Source of the DNA: Promethearchaeota archaeon
GTDB lineage: Archaea > Asgardarchaeota > Lokiarchaeia > Sigyniarchaeales > SOKP01
Direction: 5' to 3'
Length of the DNA stretch: 64,000 bases
NCBI GenBank assembly: GCA_016839555.1
Contig: JAEOUA010000006.1
Span: forward strand, 539,912 to 603,911
A program made the translations under genes and the position numbers. Shown here piece by piece: positions 1-10,078 of this stretch. How positions within the stretch are numbered: the stretch's first letter is position 1; every line of letters starts with the position of its first letter. Under the pieces are notes generated by a model. The model was not told the DNA's origin. It was given only the letters and a program-made list of their open reading frames with translations, and ran no database searches.

Positions 1-203
1 TCTAATATTGTCCTTAATTTTTTAAATGAAGAGTAAAAAATAAATTTATAGCTTTGAAAAATAATATAAAATCTAATTTATATAAACCACAAAATTGTTC
101 ATTTCTAATAATTTAAAGAAGAAAACTATAATTCTCGAAAAATTGAAATAGTTTCAAATATTTAAATCACTACTAAAATTAAGCATGTAATTATAGGTAA
201 ATC

Positions 204-1127
204 ATGAAAATTCTCATTTCTGATAAAATACATCAAAAGGGTATCAAAATTTTAGAGGAAAATGGGTTTGAAGTAAGTAAGAAGTTTTCAATAAGCCAGG
301 AAGATCTTAGAGAAGAGATTGCGAATTATGATGGAATTATTATTCGATCTAATACAAAATTATTCAGTGAGGAGCTTAAAAGATCAAAGAATTTAAAGGT
401 TATAGGGAGGGCGGGCGTAGGATTGGATAATATTGATGTAGAAGAGGCGGAAAAATTAGGAATAAAAGTATTTAATACATCGAAAGCACCTTCCATTTCC
501 GTCGCGGAATTAACGATGGGACTTATAATTAGTTTATTAAGAAATATAACGAAAGCAGATAAAACAATGCATTGTGGAGATTGGTTTAAAAGGGATTATA
601 TGGGTTTTGAACTTAAGGGTAAAAAAATAGGTTTAATTGGTTTTGGGAATATAGGAACGGAAGTAGCTAAAAGAGCAGCAGCATTTGATATGATAATTGG
701 GATATACGATGTAGATAAGAAAGCTAAGCAGAAAGCAAAAGATTTAGGATATATTGTGTATCCCTCTGTTGATGTGCTAATAAAAGAATCACAAATTATT
801 TCACTTCATATTCCCTCCACAGTAAAGACGGAAAATACAATAAATGAACGAAGATTAAATTTGATGGATAAAGATAATTTGATCATTAATACTGCTAGAG
901 GAAATCTTGTTGATGAAGTGGCCTTATTAAAAGCTTTAAAGGAAAACAAGATAAAAGGTGCTGCTTTAGATGTATTTCGAAGAGAACCTATAGATAATAT
1001 GGATTTATGTAATTTTGAAGGCAATTTAATACTAACTCCTCATATTGGAAGCCAAACAGTTGAAACTCAAGTAAACGCGAGCGTGAGTATAGCAAAAAAA
1101 GTTTCGAATTATTTAAAAAATTTATAA
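204..1127 (+). CDS. serA: D-isomer 2-hydroxyacid dehydrogenase, phosphoglycerate dehydrogenase-like (no ACT domain)
   Basis: GRAGVGLDNID, GLIGFGNIG Rossmann motif, INTARG, ALDVF..EP and TPHIG motifs. Confidence 0.75.
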   Translation: MKILISDKIHQKGIKILEENGFEVSKKFSISQEDLREEIANYDGIIIRSNTKLFSEELKRSKNLKVIGRAGVGLDNIDVEEAEKLGIKVFNTSKAPSISVAELTMGLIISLLRNITKADKTMHCGDWFKRDYMGFELKGKKIGLIGFGNIGTEVAKRAAAFDMIIGIYDVDKKAKQKAKDLGYIVYPSVDVLIKESQIISLHIPSTVKTENTINERRLNLMDKDNLIINTARGNLVDEVALLKALKENKIKGAALDVFRREPIDNMDLCNFEGNLILTPHIGSQTVETQVNASVSIAKKVSNYLKNL

Positions 1128-1203
1128 GAATTATCTTAGTAATAAAATTATAAAACTGCTTTTAATTTATTACATTATAATTCAAACAAGAATATGATGA
1201 ATT

Positions 1204-1788
1204 ATGAAATCTGGATACAAATATCTAAAAGAAACATTTGAAAAGCATGAAAAGTCCTACGAGACACCAGAGTGGTATAGGGCAATAAAATATAGAAAAG
1301 GAAGATCAATCCAGAGGATTGATAAGCCAACAAAAATATACAGAGCAAGAGAGCTCGGATATAAAGCAAAACAGGGTTATATTGTAGTAAGAGCTCGGAT
1401 TCGAAAAGGAGGTATGCACAAAATTCGCCCCAAGGGAGGCAGAAAAAATAGAGCCATGGGAGTTTCAAAATATACGACGGGGAAAAATTTGCAATGGGTT
1501 GCTGAAGAGAGAGCACAGAAAAAATTTCCAAATTTAGAAGTGTTAAATAGTTATAAAATTTACTCTGATGGAAAACACCATTATTATGAAGTCATTTTAG
1601 TGGATCCTTATCATCCTGTAATAAAATCCGATCCAAAGATAAATTGGATTTGTGCCCCCTCACATAAAAGAAGAGTAAACAGGGGTAAGACATCTGCTGG
1701 TAAAAAATCCAGAGGATTATATAAAAAAGGATGGGGTTCGGAAAAAACACGTACAAGTATTAAAGCAAAAAAGAGTCGTAGAAATTAA
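1204..1788 (+). CDS. rpl15e: 50S ribosomal protein L15e
   Basis: RARELGYKAKQGYIVVRARIRKGG, AEERA..KFPNLEVLNSY, YYEVILVDP motifs. Confidence 0.97.
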   Translation: MKSGYKYLKETFEKHEKSYETPEWYRAIKYRKGRSIQRIDKPTKIYRARELGYKAKQGYIVVRARIRKGGMHKIRPKGGRKNRAMGVSKYTTGKNLQWVAEERAQKKFPNLEVLNSYKIYSDGKHHYYEVILVDPYHPVIKSDPKINWICAPSHKRRVNRGKTSAGKKSRGLYKKGWGSEKTRTSIKAKKSRRN

Positions 1789-1938
1789 GTTATTTTTCAT
1801 AAAAGTATTGGAGCCTTTTTTTATCTTTTACTAAAAATCTTAAATTTCCATAATATTAAACTTATTGATTAATGATTTATATTATTTCTTAAAATATATT
1901 TATATAATAAACTAAATCATTAAATTAAGATAATAAAA

Positions 1939-3393
1939 ATGAAAGAATTTGAGCCGAAAATATTGAGTAAAGAAGAATTGAGAAGAATTTCTTCTGGGAT
2001 AAATGAAGAGGAAATATTAGAATTTCAAAAGCATTCTTTAAATAATTTTGTAGAACCTTTAACAGTCATGGAGGCTAAGGAACCGGGCTCTCCATGGGTC
2101 AAGGTTATGGATCAGAAAGGGCAATTTAAAGAAATACTCGACTGCACCTCAATGAATTGGACACTAGCTTTAGGTTTTGCTCATCCTGATGTTAACTACG
2201 CTGCTTTAGAGCAAATGAAAAGATTAACGCATGTTAGATATAATTGTTTAACTCCCGCGAGAGCAAAATTTTGTAATAAACTGGCAGAAATTGTACCTGG
2301 AAAACTAAAGGGAGGAAAAGTAATATTAAATAATGAAGGTGGAGGTCTTGCCAATGAGGCGGCGATGAAATTAGCGATGATTGCTTCAAGAGGGGCTGAT
2401 CATTTTGGAACCTTTTGGCATGGGTATCACGGAAGTTCTCTAATTACAGCAACGTTATCTCAGCCCCTTCATGCGGTTACAAGATTTGATTCTTTTGGCA
2501 TAGGGCATTTCACAAGAATGCCTTATCCCTACTGCTATCGATGCATGTGGAATTATAAGAATGGATTATATGGTGAGAAAGATCCAGACTGTAATATGGA
2601 GTGCTTTCAAATTGTCGAGAAATACTTAAAGGGTATGGCCCCAAAGAAAATGGCCGGCGTCATTTTAGAACCAATTCAAGGGGCGGGAGGACAGGTTCCA
2701 GCGCCTCCAAAATGGTTAAGAAAATTGAAAGAATTATGTGAAGAAGAAAACATTTATTTGATCTATGATGAATGTCAAACGTGTATGTGGCGCACTGGTA
2801 AGTATTTCACGGTATCTGAGCGATATGAAAAAGAAAGAGGAATAGATGTATCCCCAGATATGATGACATTTACTAAAGCAATTGGAGGTGGATTTCCGCT
2901 TGGTGCCATGATTGCTACTCCAAAAATAAGGAAAACTTTTACGCCCACAGAAGAGCACACCACTTTCAGCTCAAGCCCATTAAGCTGCGCAACAGGTTTA
3001 GCCGCAATTAAAGTTATCCAAAAGGAGAATCTTGGAGAAAATTGTGAAAAGATGGGAAATAAAATCACAAAACGAATGAAAGAGCTTCAGGAGATATATG
3101 AAGTTATTGGCGATATTAGGGGACCAGGATTATTTATAGGTGTTGAGATGGTAAAAGATAGAGAAACAAAAGACCCGTTTACAGAATTAGTTGAGGAAAT
3201 GATTCTTTTAGCCCCAGAATATAATTTATATTTGGGAGAATCAATGCCCATTTTATCTGCTCGAGGAGAATTGCTTATGAGAAATGTGTTGAAAATCAAG
3301 CCTCCTTTAGTGATAACAGAAGAAGATACAGAATTTATCATGGAAAATTTCGAGAAAGTGCTCAAAGAAGCTTTAAACAAGGTTGAAAAATAA
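1939..3393 (+). CDS. class III PLP-dependent aminotransferase (GabT/ArgD family)
   Basis: LGFAHP, GYHGSS, ILEPIQGAGG, DECQT, FTKAIGGG (PLP lysine), IGDIRGPGLFIGVE. Confidence 0.9.
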   Translation: MKEFEPKILSKEELRRISSGINEEEILEFQKHSLNNFVEPLTVMEAKEPGSPWVKVMDQKGQFKEILDCTSMNWTLALGFAHPDVNYAALEQMKRLTHVRYNCLTPARAKFCNKLAEIVPGKLKGGKVILNNEGGGLANEAAMKLAMIASRGADHFGTFWHGYHGSSLITATLSQPLHAVTRFDSFGIGHFTRMPYPYCYRCMWNYKNGLYGEKDPDCNMECFQIVEKYLKGMAPKKMAGVILEPIQGAGGQVPAPPKWLRKLKELCEEENIYLIYDECQTCMWRTGKYFTVSERYEKERGIDVSPDMMTFTKAIGGGFPLGAMIATPKIRKTFTPTEEHTTFSSSPLSCATGLAAIKVIQKENLGENCEKMGNKITKRMKELQEIYEVIGDIRGPGLFIGVEMVKDRETKDPFTELVEEMILLAPEYNLYLGESMPILSARGELLMRNVLKIKPPLVITEEDTEFIMENFEKVLKEALNKVEK

Positions 3394-3473
3394 ATAATCC
3401 TTTGTAAATACTTTTTCTTTTTTTCTTTAATTATAAGATTTATAGAAAGTAAAAATAGGATAAAAAAAAGGAA

Positions 3474-4280
3474 TTAAAATTTATTTATTGAGATTGTCAT
3501 TCCCCCATCAAGAATGATATTTTGCCCTGTAATATAATTTGCTTGCGGAGATGCTAAAAATAATGCAATATCTGCGACCCAATCAGGATCACCTATTTTA
3601 TCAATGGGTAATTTCACATTTCGACTATCTAAAAATTGCCGAATTAGTTTTGGGTCATTATTATAAATCGGCGTTAAAAACACACCAGGAGAGATTGCGT
3701 TCACTGTAATATCGCTAGAACCTAGTTCAAGAGCCCAGAGTTTTGTGAATGCTATCAAGCCTGCCTTACTCGCACTATATATCCCAATGAGTGGATTTAG
3801 ACCATTTTGAGTCCCGGCACAAGAAGCAATATTGATTATTTTTCCTCTAACTGGTTTAAACTGTCTTTGTCTCTTCATATTTCTAAAGAAAGATTTTGTG
3901 ACATTCCAAGCACCTTTTAAATTTACCCCCATAACACTATCATATACCTTCTCTTTTGCTTTTAATGAACTATAGAGCCCACCATCAATTCCCGCATTAT
4001 TAATCAAAAGAAATATATTATCAAAGGTATCAAAAACTTCTTTTGCCATGTTTTTAACTTGACCTGAATCAGAGATATCTGCTTTAATTGTTTTAATCTT
4101 CACATTATATTGTTGTTGAATTATTTTTTTCGACTCCTTAAGTCCCTCTTCATTAATGTCATTAAGAACTAAGTCGGAACCTTTTGAGGCAAAAGCCTTA
4201 GCCATACGACGTCCAAAACCATCACTTCCAGCTCCCGTGATTAACGCAACTTTTCCTTCTAAAAATTTTTGTTCAGACAT
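3474..4280 (-). CDS. short-chain dehydrogenase/reductase (FabG-like)
   Basis: TGAGSDGFG, NNAG, YSASK catalytic motif, VNAISPG, YITGQ..DGG. Confidence 0.92.
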   Translation of the reverse strand: MSEQKFLEGKVALITGAGSDGFGRRMAKAFASKGSDLVLNDINEEGLKESKKIIQQQYNVKIKTIKADISDSGQVKNMAKEVFDTFDNIFLLINNAGIDGGLYSSLKAKEKVYDSVMGVNLKGAWNVTKSFFRNMKRQRQFKPVRGKIINIASCAGTQNGLNPLIGIYSASKAGLIAFTKLWALELGSSDITVNAISPGVFLTPIYNNDPKLIRQFLDSRNVKLPIDKIGDPDWVADIALFLASPQANYITGQNIILDGGMTISINKF

Positions 4281-4384
4281 AAGTATTTCCTCTTTTTTTA
4301 TTTAATTAAAATATCATTTTCTATAAAAAAATTTTAATTATTTCTTTTATTCAACTATAAAAATATAATAAAAAAATGAAAAAT

Positions 4385-6130
4385 TTAAGGATTTTTGAAT
4401 AATCCCTTACTTTTCTTGTAGAGCCCGATAATTTTCATAGCGGGGGGAGTCTCGAAGGCCACATCCACATCGATAACTGTTGGATTTCCAGACTCCTTCG
4501 CTCTTTGTAATGCAGGTTTTATTTGATCGGGATCTTCGATTTTTTCCCCATAACAGCCAAACCCTTTTGCGATTTCCGCATAATTCGTAGAAGGGAAGTC
4601 AACATCACAATATCTTTTTCCTAAATTATTTTTTTGATTCGATTTAATCATTCCCCAGCAAGAATTATTTGCTACCACAACAATAATGGGTAAATTTAAG
4701 CGAACAGCAGTATCAAGATCCTGGACATTAAACATGAAGCTCCCATCTCCAGAAAGACAGACCACATCTTTATCAGGCTTAGCAATTTGAGCCCCAATAG
4801 CATGAGGGATCCCTGTCCCTAAGTGTCCCATAGTTATTGGATAATAGGTACATCGTGGTTGCCTTGGAAAATTACTTAATAACCCGAATGTAAATACAGC
4901 AATATCTCCTCCATCTAAAACAAATTGAGTATCTGGTTTTATAAAGTCCAAAACTTCATATGCCAGTCTCTGTGGCTTCATTGGACGTTTATCTGATTTT
5001 AGTATTTTTTGGATCAATATTCGATCTTCTTGCTTAAGTTCTGTAAGATATTGATTCCACTCGTTCCAAGTTGTTATTTTATCCTTAGATAGTGCCTCCT
5101 CCATTTCTAATAGGAGCTGATCAATGATTATTTTAGCATCCCCAATAAGCGAAACATCTACAGGTCTGTTTTTACCAATTTTTTCTGGATCAATATCATT
5201 TTGAACTAATTTTTGATTTTGATTCCAAATAGGTGGTGCTCCATAAAGCAAAGTATAATCCCATTTTGCCCCAAAAGAGATCACCAAATCTGCTTGAGAA
5301 GCTGCTGTTCTAAATGCATTATTTGTTAAGTATGACCCAATATATGTGTCTTTATCGGTGGAGATCGCTCCAATGCCATTAATTGTGGTAGCACCGGGAA
5401 TTCTATATTTTTGAGATAGTTTTATAACATTTTCAGAGGCTCCAGAAGCTATAGCCCCTCCTCCCGCGATAATTATCGGTTTTTCTGCATTTTTTAAGAG
5501 TTCCACTGTTTCTTTAATTAAGCTAGGATTTCCTGACGGCCTATATAAGGGTCTATATTTTTCTGGTGGAACAATGTCCTTAAAATATTGTTCTTTTGCA
5601 TCCCTCACGAGAGCTGTTTCTCGTAATTCTAAGAATACGGGTCCTCTTCTCCCAGACATGGCAGCTTTCATTGCTCTCTGAACGGCTTTCGGGATTTCAT
5701 AAGGATCTTCGACAGAAATTTGTTCTTTAGTGATTGGTTCCATTAATTTCATCTGATCTAATCCTCCTTGTAAAATTCCACTATCATCGAACATACGGGC
5801 AATTTGAGCACCAATCACTAATAATGGAATTGAGTCTGCCCAAGCTGCAGCTACTGCGGGAACTAAATGAGTTACCCCTGGTCCTGCGGTGCCCATGCAA
5901 ACTCCAATCTCTCCAGTGGCGCGCGCCCAAGCATCTGCAGCATGCCCTCCTGCTTGTTCATGCCGCATCATTACAGTATCGATTCCTTCTTCACGACCCC
6001 ATCTTTTTATCGCGTCATAAATCCTTAAGAGTTCCCCTCCAACAATCCCAAAAATTTTTGTAATACCTTCATTTAGAAGGCATTCTACAAAAAGGTCTCC
6101 TCCTTTATTTTTTTCTTCAGTATATACCAT
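4385..6130 (-). CDS. thiamine-pyrophosphate-dependent enzyme (acetolactate synthase / 2-hydroxyacyl-CoA lyase-like)
   Basis: RHEQAGGHAA, TAGPGVT, GDGSFMF..NN TPP motif, DGGD segment as in HACL/ILVBL-like members; start moved to the ATG at 6130 (MVYTEE). Confidence 0.88.
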   Translation of the reverse strand: MVYTEEKNKGGDLFVECLLNEGITKIFGIVGGELLRIYDAIKRWGREEGIDTVMMRHEQAGGHAADAWARATGEIGVCMGTAGPGVTHLVPAVAAAWADSIPLLVIGAQIARMFDDSGILQGGLDQMKLMEPITKEQISVEDPYEIPKAVQRAMKAAMSGRRGPVFLELRETALVRDAKEQYFKDIVPPEKYRPLYRPSGNPSLIKETVELLKNAEKPIIIAGGGAIASGASENVIKLSQKYRIPGATTINGIGAISTDKDTYIGSYLTNNAFRTAASQADLVISFGAKWDYTLLYGAPPIWNQNQKLVQNDIDPEKIGKNRPVDVSLIGDAKIIIDQLLLEMEEALSKDKITTWNEWNQYLTELKQEDRILIQKILKSDKRPMKPQRLAYEVLDFIKPDTQFVLDGGDIAVFTFGLLSNFPRQPRCTYYPITMGHLGTGIPHAIGAQIAKPDKDVVCLSGDGSFMFNVQDLDTAVRLNLPIIVVVANNSCWGMIKSNQKNNLGKRYCDVDFPSTNYAEIAKGFGCYGEKIEDPDQIKPALQRAKESGNPTVIDVDVAFETPPAMKIIGLYKKSKGLFKNP

Positions 6131-6218
6131 ATGTATAATTAGAAGAAATGAAAAATAAACTTTCACTTAATATATAATTTAGAGGGTAAATTATAGAAAA
6201 AGATAAAGAAAAAAATCT

Positions 6219-6677
6219 TTAAAACTCAATAAGTTCGATATAATAACCTAAAGTATTTTTGGTATCTAAATATCTGAATGTTAATTTCCCCACTTTTCCA
6301 GTTTGAATGACATCAATATTGAATTGGTTTTTAAACTCATTAATAAATTTCTCACTATCTTTCACGTATATTCCTAAATGATGTAATCCCTCCCTATTTT
6401 CTTCTAAAAATTCAGTATAGAGATTTGGTCCTGTGGCTTCAATAACTTCAACAATTTCTAATTGTTTGCCTCCAAAAAAATCCATAATTTTTTTCATTTT
6501 ATAGGTTCCTTCTTGACCTCGACAAACCACAGAAGCATCTTGTTCAACGATATTACATCCTCCTTTAAAATTGAAAAGATCTCCATATAATTTAGCAGAT
6601 GCTTCAATGTCTCGAACCAGAATTCCGATCTGGTCAAATTTTTCTAATTTTATATCTTTATTACTCATAATTTTCAC
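6219..6677 (-). CDS. VOC/glyoxalase family protein (methylmalonyl-CoA epimerase-like)
   Basis: DQIGILVRD, QLEIVE, FLE..REGLHHLG, YLDT....GY.IELIE. Confidence 0.85.
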   Translation of the reverse strand: MKIMSNKDIKLEKFDQIGILVRDIEASAKLYGDLFNFKGGCNIVEQDASVVCRGQEGTYKMKKIMDFFGGKQLEIVEVIEATGPNLYTEFLEENREGLHHLGIYVKDSEKFINEFKNQFNIDVIQTGKVGKLTFRYLDTKNTLGYYIELIEF

Positions 6678-6687
6678 ATTTTAATAA

Positions 6688-7986
6688 TTAATATACTTTT
6701 GGATAAAACTCTAATTTTCCAGTTGGTTCTTTTAATATAAACTCTCTATTTAAAATCATCTTTTTTAATTTGTTGGCTAATTGAATTGCTCCATGTCTGT
6801 CAGATTGCCTAAGAACCACAGGAATTTTTTTTTTCTCTTTCATTCCCTTTAATTTCACATCCACACTTTTCAAATCCGCTTTAAACGCATCTTCAGGACA
6901 AACCACAAAACATGTGCCACAATTAAAACACCTACTTCTGTCTATGCCTTTTTTTAAGTCAAATGCATTTGTCGGGCATTTTTCCTCAGAAGGGCAATAA
7001 TCGCAATCGATACATTTTTCCGGATCAAATTCTACAACAAAATTATTATCCCATACATCTCCATATGTTATTTCCCCTACATCAAATCTTCCAACTACAT
7101 TTAAAACTCTAAGAGGTACTTGTTTATCAGATTTCCTGATATTATTCCATATTCTTTCATTTAAAATAGGAATAGGCACTGCAATTGAACAAATACTTTC
7201 TAACCCATAAGACGTCCTAAAAGCACCCATAAAATTTGGATCCATTCCTCTAAAATCACAGATTGTTTGCATATTTGGTTTTAATCTATCATTTCTTGTT
7301 CCCGGACCAATAACATATCCAATTTGTCCGTTTACCAGGATGTTTGTACCCATTCCGATTATGTCTGCATTTGGATCATTTTGAAAAGGATTTAATGCAC
7401 CACAACCAGAAAAAGTTAATTGAGAAAAATTTCCCTTGAGTGGGAGCACAGAAAAAATAGTTTCTACGTCATTATCCGTTGGATTTACCATTGCAAAATA
7501 GTTTTTTATAGATTGTCTAGTCCCCATTAGTCTAGCAAATTGAAAATCATCAAGAGCTAACTGTTTTTCAATTACTAAACCCTCTACACTTTTTGCGATT
7601 ACTTTTACAGATTTACCTTCAACTAAATCTCGAAAAAGCATGCCACCAGAGTAGTTTTTGCGGGTTGTACTGTGCGCGGTCCCATATAAGATCAAATCAA
7701 TAATTCCTAGAAATTCATTTGGACAAGGTCCGGGATATCCCGGAATACCATTCATACTTACATCAATAAACTTTCTAACTTTCTTAGGAGGAGTTATTCT
7801 AAAAGAAAAGATACCCGAGATTCCAGACATTAAAGCTTTAGTAGCTGTTGTCACTATATCGACATCCTCAAATTTAACTTTTTCTCCATCGTCTAATTTA
7901 TCAATTAGTTCTTGCACAGTTAATACTTTTGCATTCCCTTTTTTAATACGTGAATTAATTTCATCCAGTGTTCTTTTTTTAGGCAA
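6688..7986 (-). CDS. DUF39 / methanogenesis-marker-16-like metalloprotein (homocysteine-biosynthesis sulfurtransferase family) with C-terminal 2x[4Fe-4S] ferredoxin
   Basis: RTLDEINSRIKKGNAKVLT, DIVTTAT..MSG, GPCPNE, FSGCGALNP.QND; CxxCxxCxxxxxCP and CxxCxxCxxxCP motifs. Confidence 0.82.
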   Translation of the reverse strand: MPKKRTLDEINSRIKKGNAKVLTVQELIDKLDDGEKVKFEDVDIVTTATKALMSGISGIFSFRITPPKKVRKFIDVSMNGIPGYPGPCPNEFLGIIDLILYGTAHSTTRKNYSGGMLFRDLVEGKSVKVIAKSVEGLVIEKQLALDDFQFARLMGTRQSIKNYFAMVNPTDNDVETIFSVLPLKGNFSQLTFSGCGALNPFQNDPNADIIGMGTNILVNGQIGYVIGPGTRNDRLKPNMQTICDFRGMDPNFMGAFRTSYGLESICSIAVPIPILNERIWNNIRKSDKQVPLRVLNVVGRFDVGEITYGDVWDNNFVVEFDPEKCIDCDYCPSEEKCPTNAFDLKKGIDRSRCFNCGTCFVVCPEDAFKADLKSVDVKLKGMKEKKKIPVVLRQSDRHGAIQLANKLKKMILNREFILKEPTGKLEFYPKVY

Positions 7987-8127
7987 GGCTATCCATCAAC
8001 TAATAAAAAAACTCTAAATTTTTTATAAATAAATATTATAAATTGATAATTAAAAGAAAATAGGAAAAAATAAAAATTTTTTAAAAATTTTTAAAAGAAT
8101 TGAAAATAAAATTGAGGTTTTAAATAA

Positions 8128-8838
8128 TTGTCATATTTTGAATCAAGATTAAAAGTGAATTTTAAAAACTTAGATGAGATTAATGAAAAGCTTAAATTAT
8201 GTGAGCAATTAAGGATAAGAAATTTGATATTAGAACCTAAAAATAATTTATTAGAGATTAATCCAAAGATTAAAGATTCTCTACAAAAATTAACAGAGAT
8301 TAATCTATTTTATCGAATCACATTATTAGATAAAAATTTAAAAGAGCTCAAAAAGCATATAAAATTATGTAAAAACAATCCTGAAATAATATCCATTGAA
8401 TCTACTAGTCAAGATATACAGAAATATGCTGCAACGGATACCAGAATAGATTTAATATCATTTAGTGATTATAATGTGTTAAAAACATTTTCAAAAGGTG
8501 TTTTATCCTTGGCAAATCAAAATAATAAATTTATAGAATTCAGCTTAACTCCAATTATGAGTAATTATCGATCATATCAATCGAAAGCATTCAGAAAATT
8601 GCATCGCTCAATAAAATTGGCCATAAATTCTCATGCAAAATTTATTATAAGCGGAAATTTTAATAATTTATATGATCTAAGGAACCCTAGAGCTCTCATA
8701 AGTATATGCCATACATTACTTGGAATACCTTTAGGAGAAGCTAAAAAAGCATTTAGCAATAATGTTAAAGCATTATTAAAAAAAGCGGAACAAAGAAGTA
8801 ATAAATTCATATTTGAAAATGGTGTTGAGTTAATATGA
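8128..8838 (+). CDS. rnp3: RNase P protein subunit Rpp30
   Basis: RIDLIS, IEFSL, FIISG..YDLRNPR motif; overlaps the Pop5 gene. Confidence 0.85.
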   Translation: MSYFESRLKVNFKNLDEINEKLKLCEQLRIRNLILEPKNNLLEINPKIKDSLQKLTEINLFYRITLLDKNLKELKKHIKLCKNNPEIISIESTSQDIQKYAATDTRIDLISFSDYNVLKTFSKGVLSLANQNNKFIEFSLTPIMSNYRSYQSKAFRKLHRSIKLAINSHAKFIISGNFNNLYDLRNPRALISICHTLLGIPLGEAKKAFSNNVKALLKKAEQRSNKFIFENGVELI

Positions 8839-9173
8839 TTAAAAAAGAAAAGCAAAGATATATCTTATTCAAAATCATAACAGAACCCGAAACGAAACTA
8901 ACTATATTGAACAAGAAAGATTTTCTCGAAATCTTATGGAGTGTGATTTGGAATTATTTTGGAATGAATACAGCAAATAAAATGGGATTATGGTTAGCAG
9001 AATTTGATTGGAATAAAAGATATGGAATTATTAGGTGCTCTCATATCACCAAAGAGATAACCATCTCTGCGCTCAGTTTGATTAAGAAAATAAATAATGA
9101 AAGAATTGTTATAACACCCATTAAAACTTCAGGAGTTATCAATAAAATTCAAAAGATGGTAGATAATTTGTAA
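8835..9173 (+). CDS. rnp2: RNase P protein subunit Pop5/Rpp14
   Basis: KEKQRYILF, GIIRCSH, KTSG.I motifs. Confidence 0.9.
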   Translation: MIKKEKQRYILFKIITEPETKLTILNKKDFLEILWSVIWNYFGMNTANKMGLWLAEFDWNKRYGIIRCSHITKEITISALSLIKKINNERIVITPIKTSGVINKIQKMVDNL

Positions 9174-9427
9174 ATAAATATATTACTAAAATCAAAAAAT
9201 ATCAAAAAATTAGTTAAATATATAAAAATCATAAAAAAAGATTCATAAAAAGCAAATAAAATTTTAAAATGGCAATAAGATTCACATTCTGGGATTAATT
9301 CTTAAAATAATAAACTTCATAATGAATTTTATATTAATATTTAACTAATTATTAAAAAGGATAAATTATATAATGAATTAAAAAATATATCAAAAAATAT
9401 TAAATTTGAAAAATAGGGTAAAAATAT

Positions 9428-9874
9428 TTGAAGAAATGGCAGATAACTTTAAAATATGAGAAAAAAAAGGAAAAAACTTTAGAATTATTTGATGCGCGAC
9501 GATATTTTGATGGTTATTTAAGAATAAAAAGAAGCTATTTTAATGGATTATTAAAGACAATAAATAAAACTAGGAATTATTTTAGCGGTAGGGCTATTGA
9601 AAAAGTAGTTTCTCCTAAAAATGAGGATTGGACTTTAAATCCATGGATCTTATTAATAATTAAAGATAAAGAGAAGCAAAAGCGTTTTTGGTTTTTGATC
9701 AAAAGAGAAGAGGATTTATCAGGCCTCTTAATTGCAATAGGTCCCAAAGAATTTGCAGATTATAATTATACCAATTCTGAAGCAAAAAGGGAAATAATGA
9801 GGATCTTTAATTATATTGTTGCTTATCTAAATAAATTTAATTGCATTATTCTCCTGCCTAATTATCTCTCATAA
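9428..9874 (+). CDS. hypothetical protein
   Basis: 148-aa ORF alone in an AT-rich region; no recognised motif. Confidence 0.65.
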   Translation: MKKWQITLKYEKKKEKTLELFDARRYFDGYLRIKRSYFNGLLKTINKTRNYFSGRAIEKVVSPKNEDWTLNPWILLIIKDKEKQKRFWFLIKREEDLSGLLIAIGPKEFADYNYTNSEAKREIMRIFNYIVAYLNKFNCIILLPNYLS

Positions 9875-10078
9875 CTTTTCAATATTTATCCTTATTCTAA
9901 ATCTAATTAGCTAATTTTTTGTAATTTTACTCGAATTATCAGAAATTTTACTAATAATTGAAAGATAGATTTCAAGAAAAAAATTTTAAATTAAAACACT
10001 ATTATTCCTTAATAATATAATTCTGCTTAATATGAAAAAAAATAAAGAAGAAAAAAGTAAAGAAAGTGCATAAAAGAT

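Noticed and set aside
806-7986. Short antisense or alternate-frame ORFs in the track (e.g. 806-1024, 1202-1531, 2734-3380, 5734-6063, 7658-8017, and similar ones later in the window)
   Set aside because: They lie within well-supported genes and show no motifs; shadow ORFs.
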